Of a DNA stretch of 64,000 nucleotides, positions 38,801 through 47,511 are shown piece after piece; position 1 is the first letter of the stretch, and each line of letters begins with the position of its first letter. The notes beneath the pieces are model-generated. The model saw only the letters and a list, made by a program, of their open reading frames with translations. It had not been told where the DNA came from and did no database searches. This DNA comes from Myxococcota bacterium (GTDB lineage Bacteria > Myxococcota_A > UBA9160 > UBA4427). The stretch spans positions 9,298 to 73,297 of the forward strand of contig JASDVF010000048.1 of assembly GCA_041440805.1 (NCBI GenBank), given 5' to 3'. Made by a program: the position numbers and the translations under genes.

Positions 38801-40021
38801 CTAGTAGGGCTCGAAGTCTATGGGTAGAGACGCAAATCCCTGCACGTATTCAGTGTAGAGACGCGTCGAGGCTCCGAGGTCGACTTCATATTCAGGCATC
38901 GCGCCGAGGATCTCCTCAAGTGCGACCCGAGCTTCGAGCCGCGCCACGTGGCGTCCGAGACAGGCATGGGTGCCGTGACCGAACCCTACGGTCCGTGGCG
39001 CCTTGCGGTCGATGTTCCATCGGTCGGCGTCAGGGAACTCGGCTTCGTCGCGGCTCGCGCTCGTGTAAAGCAGGAGGATCGGCTGTCCTGCGCGAATCTT
39101 TTGTCCACGAATATCAGTGTCGCACCTCGCGACGCGAGCCATGAACTGGGTGGGCATGTCGAAACGGATCGTCTCCATGAACGCGTCGAGCATACGTGCC
39201 GAGTCGCCAAGGACTTCGCGTCGCGGAAGGGGGTTTTCCCAAAGACGGTGAAGCGTTGCCCCGAGCATCTTGGGGAGTGTCTCCGTCCCGGCGACGATCA
39301 GTTCTTTCATGAGCGAAGCGACTTTGTCGTCAGACATGAATGCGCCAGACTGAGGCGCTCCAGTCGCGTCGTCCAGTTCTGCTGCGAGGTATCGGCCCAG
39401 TACATCATCTCTCACGTCGCCGTTTGCACGGCGTGCCTTGATGAGGTCGAGGCAGTAGGCGTCGAGATTCGCGAAGCCGTCGAGGCCCGCTTGGGTAATG
39501 CCGAGTTCTCCAGGCTCGCGATGGAAGACGGCATCCACCCAACCCCGCAGCATCTCGGTATCGGATGCGGGGAAGTCGAGGATCCGACATACGGCGCCGG
39601 CAGAGAGATGGCTGCCGAGATCTTGAATGACGTCGAATCGACCGACGTCTCGCACGGTGTCGAGGCGGTCACGAACAATTTTTCGGAAATCGTCTTCGAA
39701 CTGACGAACGAAGCCGGGCCCGAATCGCTGACTAACGAGCGCGCGATGTGCGGTGTGACGCGGAGGGTCCATCATGTCGAGGGCAGGGAACACCTCGAGG
39801 ACTTTTTGCAAGAGGTGCCCGGCCGTCGTTCCCTGCTCTGCCGTATAGAGATCAGGGGACTGGCAGGCGTCCCAGACGTCTTCGAAAGTAGAGAGCGCCC
39901 AGCAGTCGAACTCGGAAACGTAGTGGACCGGACTTTCCGCGCGGAGTCGTTTGTAGATCGGATAGGGGTCTTCGAAGATTGCATCATCGAATGGACTGTA
40001 GTGGAGGGGAGCAGGGGGCAT
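38801..40021 (-). CDS. cytochrome P450
   Basis: ORF 38801..40033 starts at TTG. Preferred start is ATG 40021 (GGAG 8 nt upstream). Heme loop FGHGTHACLGRHVARLE. Confidence 0.9.
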   Translation of the reverse strand: MPPAPLHYSPFDDAIFEDPYPIYKRLRAESPVHYVSEFDCWALSTFEDVWDACQSPDLYTAEQGTTAGHLLQKVLEVFPALDMMDPPRHTAHRALVSQRFGPGFVRQFEDDFRKIVRDRLDTVRDVGRFDVIQDLGSHLSAGAVCRILDFPASDTEMLRGWVDAVFHREPGELGITQAGLDGFANLDAYCLDLIKARRANGDVRDDVLGRYLAAELDDATGAPQSGAFMSDDKVASLMKELIVAGTETLPKMLGATLHRLWENPLPRREVLGDSARMLDAFMETIRFDMPTQFMARVARCDTDIRGQKIRAGQPILLLYTSASRDEAEFPDADRWNIDRKAPRTVGFGHGTHACLGRHVARLEARVALEEILGAMPEYEVDLGASTRLYTEYVQGFASLPIDFEPY

Positions 40022-40045
40022 CTGGGGCTCCAATTGAGGATGCGA

Positions 40046-40073
40046 AACATACTTGCGTGAACGGGGCGTAAAA
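40046..40073 (-). promoter_or_regulatory. candidate internal promoter for the P450 gene
   Basis: Minus strand reads TTTTAC (40073-40068), 16 nt, TATGTT (40051-40046). It is preceded by phased T-tracts. Confidence 0.25.
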
Positions 40074-40101
40074 AAGAGCGCAAAAAGAAGCGTAAAAAGA
40101 A
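40066..40101. repeat. 3 x 12-bp tandem A-tract repeat (gcg[t/c]aaaaa[a]ga[a])
   Basis: Units at 40066-40077, 40078-40089 and 40090-40101. An AT-rich patch in a GC-rich background, between the NTF2-like stop and the P450 start. Confidence 0.9.
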
Positions 40102-40122
40102 GCGAGCCCTTACCGGCCTAAC

Positions 40123-40551
40123 TCAGCCCGGGCCGAGGAGCGAACGATCTCCTTGGTCCATGATGGCGCGGGCATGGCGGTGGCGGCTTAGCCAGCCGTC
40201 GCCGCTCCGCACAAGCTGGTCCGCGTACTCGATCCAGGTTTCGTAGGTTTTGCCCTGGTGCTCGCCTTTGCCCATATGCATGACGCGGCAATAGTGCCGG
40301 CTGCTTGCCTTGTCCCCGTCAAGCTCGATTCGGTAGTTCCCGAGCAGGTGCTGGCTTGGTCCGCACCCATCGAGATAGCTGCGGATGGACGTCGTTACCT
40401 CGGCAAGACCTTGTTGCTTCCATTCACCCCAGTCGACTTCGGCGTCCGCAGTAAAGACTTCCGCAAGCTTTGGCCAGTCCCGGGTGTCTAGGCACTCGGC
40501 ATAACAGTCGAGGGTGGCGATGATGGCGAAACGGTCGTCGGCGGCACTCAT
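40123..40551 (-). CDS. NTF2 / SnoaL-like superfamily protein
   Basis: 142 aa. ..FAIIATLDCYAECLDTRDWPKLAEVFTADAEVDWG.. ATGA overlap with the upstream PPOX-family gene. Confidence 0.7.
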   Translation of the reverse strand: MSAADDRFAIIATLDCYAECLDTRDWPKLAEVFTADAEVDWGEWKQQGLAEVTTSIRSYLDGCGPSQHLLGNYRIELDGDKASSRHYCRVMHMGKGEHQGKTYETWIEYADQLVRSGDGWLSRHRHARAIMDQGDRSLLGPG

Positions 40552-41009
40552 GGTGTCTCGTCTCCGGTCGGTCGGGTGAATCGACCGCCGTAAAGAAGGG
40601 GGCTTGAGGATTGGTGCGGGTGGATTCGTAGGATGATGCGGTCGGCGTCGGGCGGGTCGAGGTCGGGCGGCGCTTCTTGTCCACCTGAGGTCTCTCGGAA
40701 TTGATGACGCAAGAAGCTGCGGTCGGGATCGTTTTCAATCGTGGCGTGGCCGCGAAGTTCGACATAACGCGTGGGATCGGCTTGATGGACGACGCAGAAT
40801 GTAACGGTCGGATTCGCGACTAGGTTGTCATGTTTGATGCGGTTCTTAAGCGTTGATATCCGAACACAGTCGTCTTCGAAGACGTAACTCACGGGATTCG
40901 TAGAGATCAGCCCATCCTTCTTTCGAAGCGTGCTGATCAGGCCGTTGGCATTTGCCGCAAGGATTGCCTTGTGTGCCTCGGGGATTTCAATTTCTCGCGG
41001 GTCGCTCAT
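40548..41009 (-). CDS. PPOX-class (pyridoxamine 5'-phosphate oxidase fold) probable F420/FMN-dependent oxidoreductase
   Basis: 153 aa split-barrel pattern (..GLISTLRKKDGLISTNPVSYVFEDD..VTFCV..). ATGA overlaps at both ends. Confidence 0.7.
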   Translation of the reverse strand: MSDPREIEIPEAHKAILAANANGLISTLRKKDGLISTNPVSYVFEDDCVRISTLKNRIKHDNLVANPTVTFCVVHQADPTRYVELRGHATIENDPDRSFLRHQFRETSGGQEAPPDLDPPDADRIILRIHPHQSSSPLLYGGRFTRPTGDETP

Positions 41010-41947
41010 GCTCTGGTCTCGCTACTTTTTTCGGGCGTCGGTTTTTCGAGCCCGAGCCGAGTGTAGAATCGCTCGGGAATATCAGCGGGTCGTTTGTAGA
41101 GATAGGTCTTGCAGGGCTCGTAGCCGAGCCGCTCTGCGGGATCGACGATAAAGAGGGGAACGCCCGTACCTTCGAAGGAGTCGGTCTCCATGACGGGTTC
41201 GTGGCAGCAATAGACGGGGATTTCGTCGCGTCCGTAGGTGAGGGGATGCGGTCCCTTGACCATCAGGTCGTTGCGCGGGGCTTCGTAGTGCCCAGCCGCA
41301 ATCATTCGGCCACCACTGGGGCAGATTGAGCAGATGAAGGTCAGCTTTTCGTCGTCTTCTTCAAGAGCGAAGCTTTGCAGATGCACGCGCGTGAAATGCA
41401 TCAATGCTTCGGCGCGGTCTCGGTAGCTCTCGTTGCCGAGCATGCCGCTGGACATAGCGACCTGAAGGGCGCTGCCGATGGCGTCCGTGCCTGCGCGACG
41501 GCCTATCCATGAGAGGATCGCGGAGACGCGCGACATACCACGGTCGTGGCGGGTTAGGGCTTCATTGTGGAGGGCGTCGGCACGGGTGAGGGCGTCGTTG
41601 TTGTCGCCGCGCTCGATGGCTGCGGAGATTTCCAGGGTGACGGCCTTCCATCGATCTACTGGGTCTTCGCTATCGCCAGCTCGCTCAGGCGCGATGGCAA
41701 AGTCTTCTATGACGGTCAAGACGTCTTCTCGTTTGCCGTCGGGGATCTCCGATTCGATCCAGCCGAGCAGGGTCTCTTCCCATCCCGAATAGTTGCGGAT
41801 CATAGACAGCACTTCGCGCCGGAATCGCTTAACGAATCCGATTGCATTCGCGGCGTCCTTTTTTTCGAGAGCTTCGCGAATCGCATCGACGGAGCGCATG
41901 CCGGAGAGTCGAAGTTCTTCGTCGCTGAATATACGTTCGGTCGTCAT
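41006..41947 (-). CDS. hypothetical protein with a Cys-rich C-terminal region
   Basis: ORF 41006..42010 trimmed to ATG 41947. No family recognised. CxxC (FICSICPSGG), CCH (VYCCHEP) and a further Cys lie in the last 100 aa. Confidence 0.6.
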   Translation of the reverse strand: MTTERIFSDEELRLSGMRSVDAIREALEKKDAANAIGFVKRFRREVLSMIRNYSGWEETLLGWIESEIPDGKREDVLTVIEDFAIAPERAGDSEDPVDRWKAVTLEISAAIERGDNNDALTRADALHNEALTRHDRGMSRVSAILSWIGRRAGTDAIGSALQVAMSSGMLGNESYRDRAEALMHFTRVHLQSFALEEDDEKLTFICSICPSGGRMIAAGHYEAPRNDLMVKGPHPLTYGRDEIPVYCCHEPVMETDSFEGTGVPLFIVDPAERLGYEPCKTYLYKRPADIPERFYTRLGLEKPTPEKSSETRA

Positions 41948-42017
41948 TAGGTCCTGATGGATTGATGTGCGTAAGAATAAGCCTAGTGCAAATCTGAGTG
42001 CGGGTTCCACAAAGGAA

Positions 42018-42048
42018 AAGGCCGACGAGAATCGCTCTCGCCGGCCTT
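42018..42048 (-). terminator. intrinsic terminator-like hairpin between the thiolase and the orphan gene
   Basis: aaggccg-a-cgaga-atcgc-tctcg-c-cggcctt (12 bp paired). On the minus strand it is followed by TTTTCCTTTG, and on the plus strand by CAATTTT. Confidence 0.55.
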
Positions 42049-42136
42049 CAATTTTGCACGTCCTGAGGGCGTCACCCGTCGTATCGCTCGATCTCCCGAC
42101 CCAAAGAGGAGGAGAGAGGAGGGGAGGCGAGTCGGA

Positions 42137-43297
42137 TTACGCCGAGGGACCCTCGAGGATGTGGATGCTGCAGCAGGTGCCCAGGCCGATCACATGTGCG
42201 AGACCGATCTTTGCGCCTTCAACCTGTCGCTTGCCCGCCTGGCCGCGGAGATGCATGGCCAGCTCGAACTGGTTGGCGATGCCCGTGGCGCCGATCGGGT
42301 GACCCTTCGAAAGAAGGCCGCCGGACAGGTTCACTGGAATCCTGCCACCGATCCAGGTCGCCCTCTCGTCGATCAGCTTGCCCGCTTCACCGTCGCCACA
42401 AAGACCGAGATTCTCGTAGTGGAGAACTTCAGCCGTTGCGAAGCAGTCATGGAGTTCTACGAGGTCGAGGTCTTCGGGGCCAACGCCAGCCATTTCGTAG
42501 GCCTGCTTTGCGGCATTGCGCGTGCAGGTGTTCACGTCGGGCATGACTTCATCGCGATCCGTCCACGGATCCGTCGTCAGCACCGAAGCGCGGATCTTGA
42601 CGGCCTGATTCTGGAGACCACGTCGCTTCATCTCCTTCTCGGACATGAGCACGCAGGCCGCTGAGCCATCGACGTTCGCCGAACACATCAGCTTCGTGTT
42701 CGGGTACGAGATCATCTCCGCGCCCATGACTTCTTCGAGTGGCGTTTCGATCTGGTACCGCGCCTTCGGGTTCATGGTCGAGTGATGATGGTTCTTGACC
42801 GAGATCTGGGCGAACTGCTCGAAGGTCGTGCCGTATTCCTTTGAATGAGCCATGCCGGCTTCTGCAAAGACACAGGGCATCGAGCCTGAACCGAGGAGTC
42901 CTTCCGGGTGGAGCCCCTTGGGTGCACCGCCGCCTCCGCCTAGCATGCCCGCTCCTGCGAGCTTCTCGACGCCGACCGCGAGGACGGTGTCATAGAGGCC
43001 AGCGCGGATCGCGATATATCCCTCGCGAAGTGCGGTGGCACCGGTTGCACAAGCATTGGCGACATTGATGACGGGAATACCCGTCTGGCCGATTTCCTGC
43101 TGGATTTGCTGTCCGACCATACCGGCGGCCATCATGAGGTTGCCACTATAGAGCGCCTCTATGTCGTTGATTGTGACTCGCGCATCGTCGAGCGCACCCA
43201 GAGCTGCTTCGGCACCCAAGCTCGCGATCGAGCGATCAAGGAACTTGCCGAACTTGATCATGTCAATGCCAGTGATGTAGACGTCTTCGCTACCCAT
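42137..43297 (-). CDS. SCPx/lipid-transfer-type thiolase (Ltp-like)
   Basis: 386 aa. Nucleophile region NVANACATGATAL. C-terminal ..GHPIGATG.. AAGGAG RBS. Confidence 0.9.
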   Translation of the reverse strand: MGSEDVYITGIDMIKFGKFLDRSIASLGAEAALGALDDARVTINDIEALYSGNLMMAAGMVGQQIQQEIGQTGIPVINVANACATGATALREGYIAIRAGLYDTVLAVGVEKLAGAGMLGGGGGAPKGLHPEGLLGSGSMPCVFAEAGMAHSKEYGTTFEQFAQISVKNHHHSTMNPKARYQIETPLEEVMGAEMISYPNTKLMCSANVDGSAACVLMSEKEMKRRGLQNQAVKIRASVLTTDPWTDRDEVMPDVNTCTRNAAKQAYEMAGVGPEDLDLVELHDCFATAEVLHYENLGLCGDGEAGKLIDERATWIGGRIPVNLSGGLLSKGHPIGATGIANQFELAMHLRGQAGKRQVEGAKIGLAHVIGLGTCCSIHILEGPSA

Positions 43298-43485
43298 TCT
43301 GAATCTCCTTGTTTCGGTTTAACTCGGCCGTCGCCTAGCAACCGCTTGTCTTCTTGAGTCGTGACCTGCACCGTTCGCTGATGCGCCCCGGTCGAGGGAA
43401 TGAATCGCGTGAGCGATTTGATGCAGGAAAAGAGCAGTCATGCGGAGGCTCACTCGAAGAGTGGGACCCGCCATGACGTGTTACG

Positions 43486-43896
43486 TCACGCGGGCGTGAT
43501 GTAGTACGTCATGTATTCGTTGCCTTCGGCATCCTTGCGCGGGGCGACGCCGTAGGTGATTTCGATGTCCATTCCGAGGGTGATCTTCTCGGGGTCGGGC
43601 TCGATGCCGTTCATGTTCGTCTTCACTACGCCGCCGCCTTCGAGGTCGGCGATCGCCGAGATGAAGGGGACGTCGATCCCGGGGAATGCCCGGTAGATGA
43701 TCGAGAAAGTATGCAGGGTCCCTTTGTTGGAGAGCTTGAAGGGCTTCCACGTGTCGCGGCCGCCGCACTTGGCGCAGGCCATACGAGTCTTGAGCGTGAT
43801 CGCTTCACATTCGCTGCACTTAAAACCTTCCAGGTAAGGGTCGCCGGACTCCGGGACCTTTAGGAAGGGCACTATCGAGAGAGGTTGATCGGACAC
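43486..43896 (-). CDS. DUF35 zinc-ribbon / OB-fold protein
   Basis: 136 aa. Zn ribbon CSECEAITLKTRMACAKCGG followed by an OB-fold region. A classical partner of SCPx-type thiolases. Confidence 0.85.
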   Translation of the reverse strand: MSDQPLSIVPFLKVPESGDPYLEGFKCSECEAITLKTRMACAKCGGRDTWKPFKLSNKGTLHTFSIIYRAFPGIDVPFISAIADLEGGGVVKTNMNGIEPDPEKITLGMDIEITYGVAPRKDAEGNEYMTYYITPA

Positions 43897-44151
43897 ATCG
43901 GTCTCCGTTTGGGTGCCGCAGGGCCGCTGCGACCTGTGTGGTCGCCGCCCAGTCGGACGAGAGCTGAGATCGTGTCGAGAGGCGATGGCCTTCCCGCACG
44001 GCCCCAGACTCTACTCCAGCCGACCCCCCTCCCGCCAAGCGCAGACGAGGCCCCGAATCGCCGGGGACTCCCACACGCCTTCTCTTCCGTTACCGTGCAG
44101 AAGAACGTCTAAGCCGTGGTAGAGGCATGCAAGGCAAGGAGTTGGCTCGAG

Positions 44152-45603
44152 ATGAATGATTGGACGGGACTGCGGCGAGATGAGCGAGATGTGGCGACCT
44201 GGGACATCGAGGTCGACGTACTGATCGTCGGATACGGCTGCGCCGGGGTGTGTGCCGCGATCGAGGCACGGGAAGCGGGCGCCGAAGTTCTCATTCTGGA
44301 GCGAGCCGGTGGGCCTGGTGGGACGTCGATTAACTCAGGTGGCTTCCTTTACTTAGGCGGCGGGACCGCACTACAAAAAGCGCTGGGTTACGACGACTCC
44401 CCCGAGAATATGTTTCGTTACATGATGGCGGCCTGTGGGCCAGCCCCGGATGAAGCTTTGATCGCCCCCTATTGCGAGGGCAGCACGGCGCATTTCGATT
44501 GGATCGTTTCGCATGGTGTGCCTTACAAGGAGAGCTTTTTCCCCGGAGCCCATGAGCCTTTTCATTCAGACGATGGCCTGGTCTTTTCGGGGAGCGAACA
44601 CGTTCATCCCTTCAATGAAATCGCAGCACCGGCCCCGAGAGGGCACGCGCCGCAGTCGGTTCGGGACAAGGGGGCGCTCTTCATGAATAAGCTGATCGCG
44701 AAGGCAGCGAGCGTTGGCGTCCGCGCCGCCTATCAGAGTCGCGTCGATTCCTTAGTCCAAGCCTCGGACGGGAGTGTGGTCGGCGTGGTTGCCTCGACCC
44801 TCGAAGGCGAGCAGCGTATTCGGGCGCGAAAAGGCGTGGTACTGACCGCCGGTGGCTTTATCTGGAACGAAGAGATGCTGAAACGTTATGCGCCGCTGCT
44901 TACGCAATGCAAGCACAAGGTCGGAACCGAGAACGATGACGGGCTTGGAATTCGTCTCGGGCTCGCGGTCGGTGGCGAAGCGATCCGAATGGATGCTGGA
45001 GACGTCAGCATGGCGATCTTTCCCCCGAACTCCCTTCGCCACGGCATCTTCGTGAATCGATATGCACAGCGCTTTCTGAACGAGGACGTGTATTTCGGGC
45101 GGGCGGGGGAGACGGTGCTCTTTCACCAAGAGGGCCGCGCGTATCTCGTGATCGACGATGAGTATTTCGGCCGCCCGGAGAGCTTCCCCGTTGAGATTGC
45201 CGCTGTTGGGGAAACGATTGCGGAGCTCGAAGCGGAATTGGGATTTCCGAAGGGGGCGCTTCAGCAGACCGTAGGCTTCTACAACGAACATGCTGAGCGC
45301 GGGGAGGATCCGCTCTTCCACAAAGGCAACGGTTATGTCACGCCGATCGCGAAACCTCCCTTTGGCGCGATCGATCTCTCCACGGAAAATCTGATTTACT
45401 CGGCGTTCACGCTCGGAGGACTTCGAGTCGATGCTTCAGGTCGCGTACAGAGCGCGAGCTTCGAGTCGATTCCTGGGCTCTACGGGGCAGGGCGCACCAC
45501 GAGCGGGATTGCCAAGCAGGGCTACAGCAGTGGTATGTCGCTTGGCGATAGCTCGTTTTTTGGACGCGCGGCGGGGCGCCATGCCGCAGCCCGGCGCCCG
45601 TAG
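44152..45603 (+). CDS. FAD-dependent oxidoreductase, 3-ketosteroid delta1-dehydrogenase (KstD)/fumarate reductase flavoprotein-like
   Basis: ORF 44116..45603 trimmed to ATG 44152 (AAGGAG upstream). DVLIVGYGCAGVCAAIEA...GGTSINSGGFLYLGGG. Confidence 0.8.
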   Translation: MNDWTGLRRDERDVATWDIEVDVLIVGYGCAGVCAAIEAREAGAEVLILERAGGPGGTSINSGGFLYLGGGTALQKALGYDDSPENMFRYMMAACGPAPDEALIAPYCEGSTAHFDWIVSHGVPYKESFFPGAHEPFHSDDGLVFSGSEHVHPFNEIAAPAPRGHAPQSVRDKGALFMNKLIAKAASVGVRAAYQSRVDSLVQASDGSVVGVVASTLEGEQRIRARKGVVLTAGGFIWNEEMLKRYAPLLTQCKHKVGTENDDGLGIRLGLAVGGEAIRMDAGDVSMAIFPPNSLRHGIFVNRYAQRFLNEDVYFGRAGETVLFHQEGRAYLVIDDEYFGRPESFPVEIAAVGETIAELEAELGFPKGALQQTVGFYNEHAERGEDPLFHKGNGYVTPIAKPPFGAIDLSTENLIYSAFTLGGLRVDASGRVQSASFESIPGLYGAGRTTSGIAKQGYSSGMSLGDSSFFGRAAGRHAAARRP

Positions 45604-45625
45604 AAATCCGTCGGTCCTTGGTGGC

Positions 45626-46852
45626 CTAATGAACACCGCGAATCGACAGATGCGAGAGGCCACGGAAGCCGGCATTTGACGCATATTCGTGCCCGCCGGA
45701 TCCGGGCGTGAGCACTGGGAAACGATCGAATAGCGCGTGAAGCGTTTCGGCTGCTTCGAGCCGAGCGAGATGCGCGCCGAGACAAAAATGGCGCCCACCC
45801 CCAAAGGACTGGTGGTGAACATCTTCGCGCGTGACGTCGAAACGGTCGGGGTTCGGGTACGCGGCGGGATCGCGATTCGCTGCCGAAACGATCGTCGACA
45901 TGGAATCGCCCTCGGAAATCTTGACGCCTCCGATTTCGATGTCCTGATGTGCAATCCGGCCGGAGCCAAGAACGGGGGAATCGAAGCGCAGGACTTCTTC
46001 GACTGCGTTTTTCATGAGGCTTCGGTCCGCGCGGAGCCGTTCCTGCTGATCGGGGTTAGAGACAAGCGCCATCACGGCGTTGCCAATTAGGTCGCTTGTG
46101 GTCAAATTACCTGCGAGCAAGAGCAGGTTGCACTGCAACGAAATCTCTTCGTCCGTGAGATGATCGCCACTCTCTTCGGCTTGAACCATCTTTGTGATGA
46201 GGTCATCCGCAGGCGCCCTGCGTCGCTTTTCGATCTCCTCGAGAAAGAACGAAAAGAGGCTTTCCCGGGCTTCATCCGCGCGTTTGGTGTCTTCCTCGGA
46301 GCTGATGGGGCTGAAGGCCGTTTTGATCACCGCGTCGGACCATCGCTTGAAGTCGCTATGTCGCTCAGGGTCGACACCTAACAGCTCGGCGATTACGACG
46401 GTCGGGATTGGATTCGCGACTGCCGAGATGAGGTCGAACTCATCCTCCTCGATCGCACTTACATGGCGCTTTGCGACGGTGCGCGCGCGTTCCCGCCATA
46501 CTTCGACGGCGCGGGGGGTGAAGGGGTGTCTTGCGAGTTCGCGGAGTCGGCGGTGGCCGGGGTTGTCCATGAGCAGCATGGAGGGTTCTTCGTCGCCGCT
46601 GCCGAGGAAACGGCGCGCGAAACTATCGGGATTGCCCTTACGCGGATCACTCCAGTACTCGGGATTGCGGAGAATTTCCCAGACATCGTCGTGGCGCGTA
46701 AACACCCATCTGCCGAGCTCTGTGTCGCGGTGAATCGGATCGCGCTCGCGAAGTTCTGCGAGAATCGGATAGGGATTCTTGCGGAACTCGGGGTCGAAAT
46801 GAGTGAGGCGAACTCCGGTCGGAATGGGGGAGTCGTATTGCTTGGCAGCCAT
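45626..46852 (-). CDS. cytochrome P450
   Basis: ORF 45626..46897 trimmed to ATG 46852 (AAAGGA RBS). Heme loop FGGGRHFCLGAHLARLE. Confidence 0.9.
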   Translation of the reverse strand: MAAKQYDSPIPTGVRLTHFDPEFRKNPYPILAELRERDPIHRDTELGRWVFTRHDDVWEILRNPEYWSDPRKGNPDSFARRFLGSGDEEPSMLLMDNPGHRRLRELARHPFTPRAVEVWRERARTVAKRHVSAIEEDEFDLISAVANPIPTVVIAELLGVDPERHSDFKRWSDAVIKTAFSPISSEEDTKRADEARESLFSFFLEEIEKRRRAPADDLITKMVQAEESGDHLTDEEISLQCNLLLLAGNLTTSDLIGNAVMALVSNPDQQERLRADRSLMKNAVEEVLRFDSPVLGSGRIAHQDIEIGGVKISEGDSMSTIVSAANRDPAAYPNPDRFDVTREDVHHQSFGGGRHFCLGAHLARLEAAETLHALFDRFPVLTPGSGGHEYASNAGFRGLSHLSIRGVH

Positions 46853-47025
46853 AGGGATCCTTTCGAGGGCGCGAAGGGATTCGATCGCGAGCTCCACTCT
46901 AGCGCCGATTGCGTATGCTCTTCGAGACGCCTTGGGCTCAGGATACGAGCCTGTGAGTCATGCACGCCGTAGGATTGCTTAGGCTCAACAGCGACGTATT
47001 CTGGTTTAGGAGAGGGGCATCATTG

Positions 47026-47511
47026 ATGGCTGGACTGTTTGAGGGTTTGAACCGGCTCGGAGTCGCGGCGAGCGCTTCGAAATGGGGCGGGGTGTTCTAT
47101 CACGTTGTGTGCCGCCGTATCGATACAGTGCTGATTCCCTTGACTAAGGGACGGCTTTCTATGGGGCCACCCGGCCAAACGGTCTTGATTACGACTAAGG
47201 GCGCTAAGAGTGGGAAGTCCCGTAAAGCGTCCCTTGCCTTCATGTGGAAGGGCGATGACCTTATTGTCATCGCCTCAAAAGGCGGCGCGCCACATCACCC
47301 TGCCTGGTATCACAATTTGATGGCAGACCCTCGTCTTGTGACGCAGACCCGCGCCGGAATTGAGGACAGGGTCGCTCGCGAGGCGCTCGGCGAAGAGCGC
47401 GACAAGCTTTTCGAATCGATGGGCACGACCTATTCGAATTTTGCGGCCTATCAAGAGCGCGCAGGAGATCGGAAGATCCCCGTCATCATTCTTTCGCCCG
47501 TACTAGGCTAA
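47026..47511 (+). CDS. deazaflavin-dependent nitroreductase (DDN) family oxidoreductase
   Basis: ORF 46960..47511 trimmed to ATG 47026 (AGGAGAGGGG upstream). Signature ..GGAPHHPAWYHNL.. Confidence 0.8.
   Translation: MAGLFEGLNRLGVAASASKWGGVFYHVVCRRIDTVLIPLTKGRLSMGPPGQTVLITTKGAKSGKSRKASLAFMWKGDDLIVIASKGGAPHHPAWYHNLMADPRLVTQTRAGIEDRVAREALGEERDKLFESMGTTYSNFAAYQERAGDRKIPVIILSPVLG

Noticed and set aside
38948-40060. 370-aa ORF antisense to the P450. Similar long antisense ORFs occur at 4980-5969, 23254-23961, 49308-50213, 53358-54140 and 57596-58258.
   Set aside because: All lie opposite genes with clear family motifs and have Arg/Gly/Pro-rich, low-information translations. I treat them as GC artefacts.
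42103-42127. 25-nt pure polypurine tract (aaagaggaggagagaggaggggagg), and a CCT-rich tract at 7456-7490
   Set aside because: The low-complexity sequence is real, but I cannot support any function (H-DNA or RBS array) from sequence alone.
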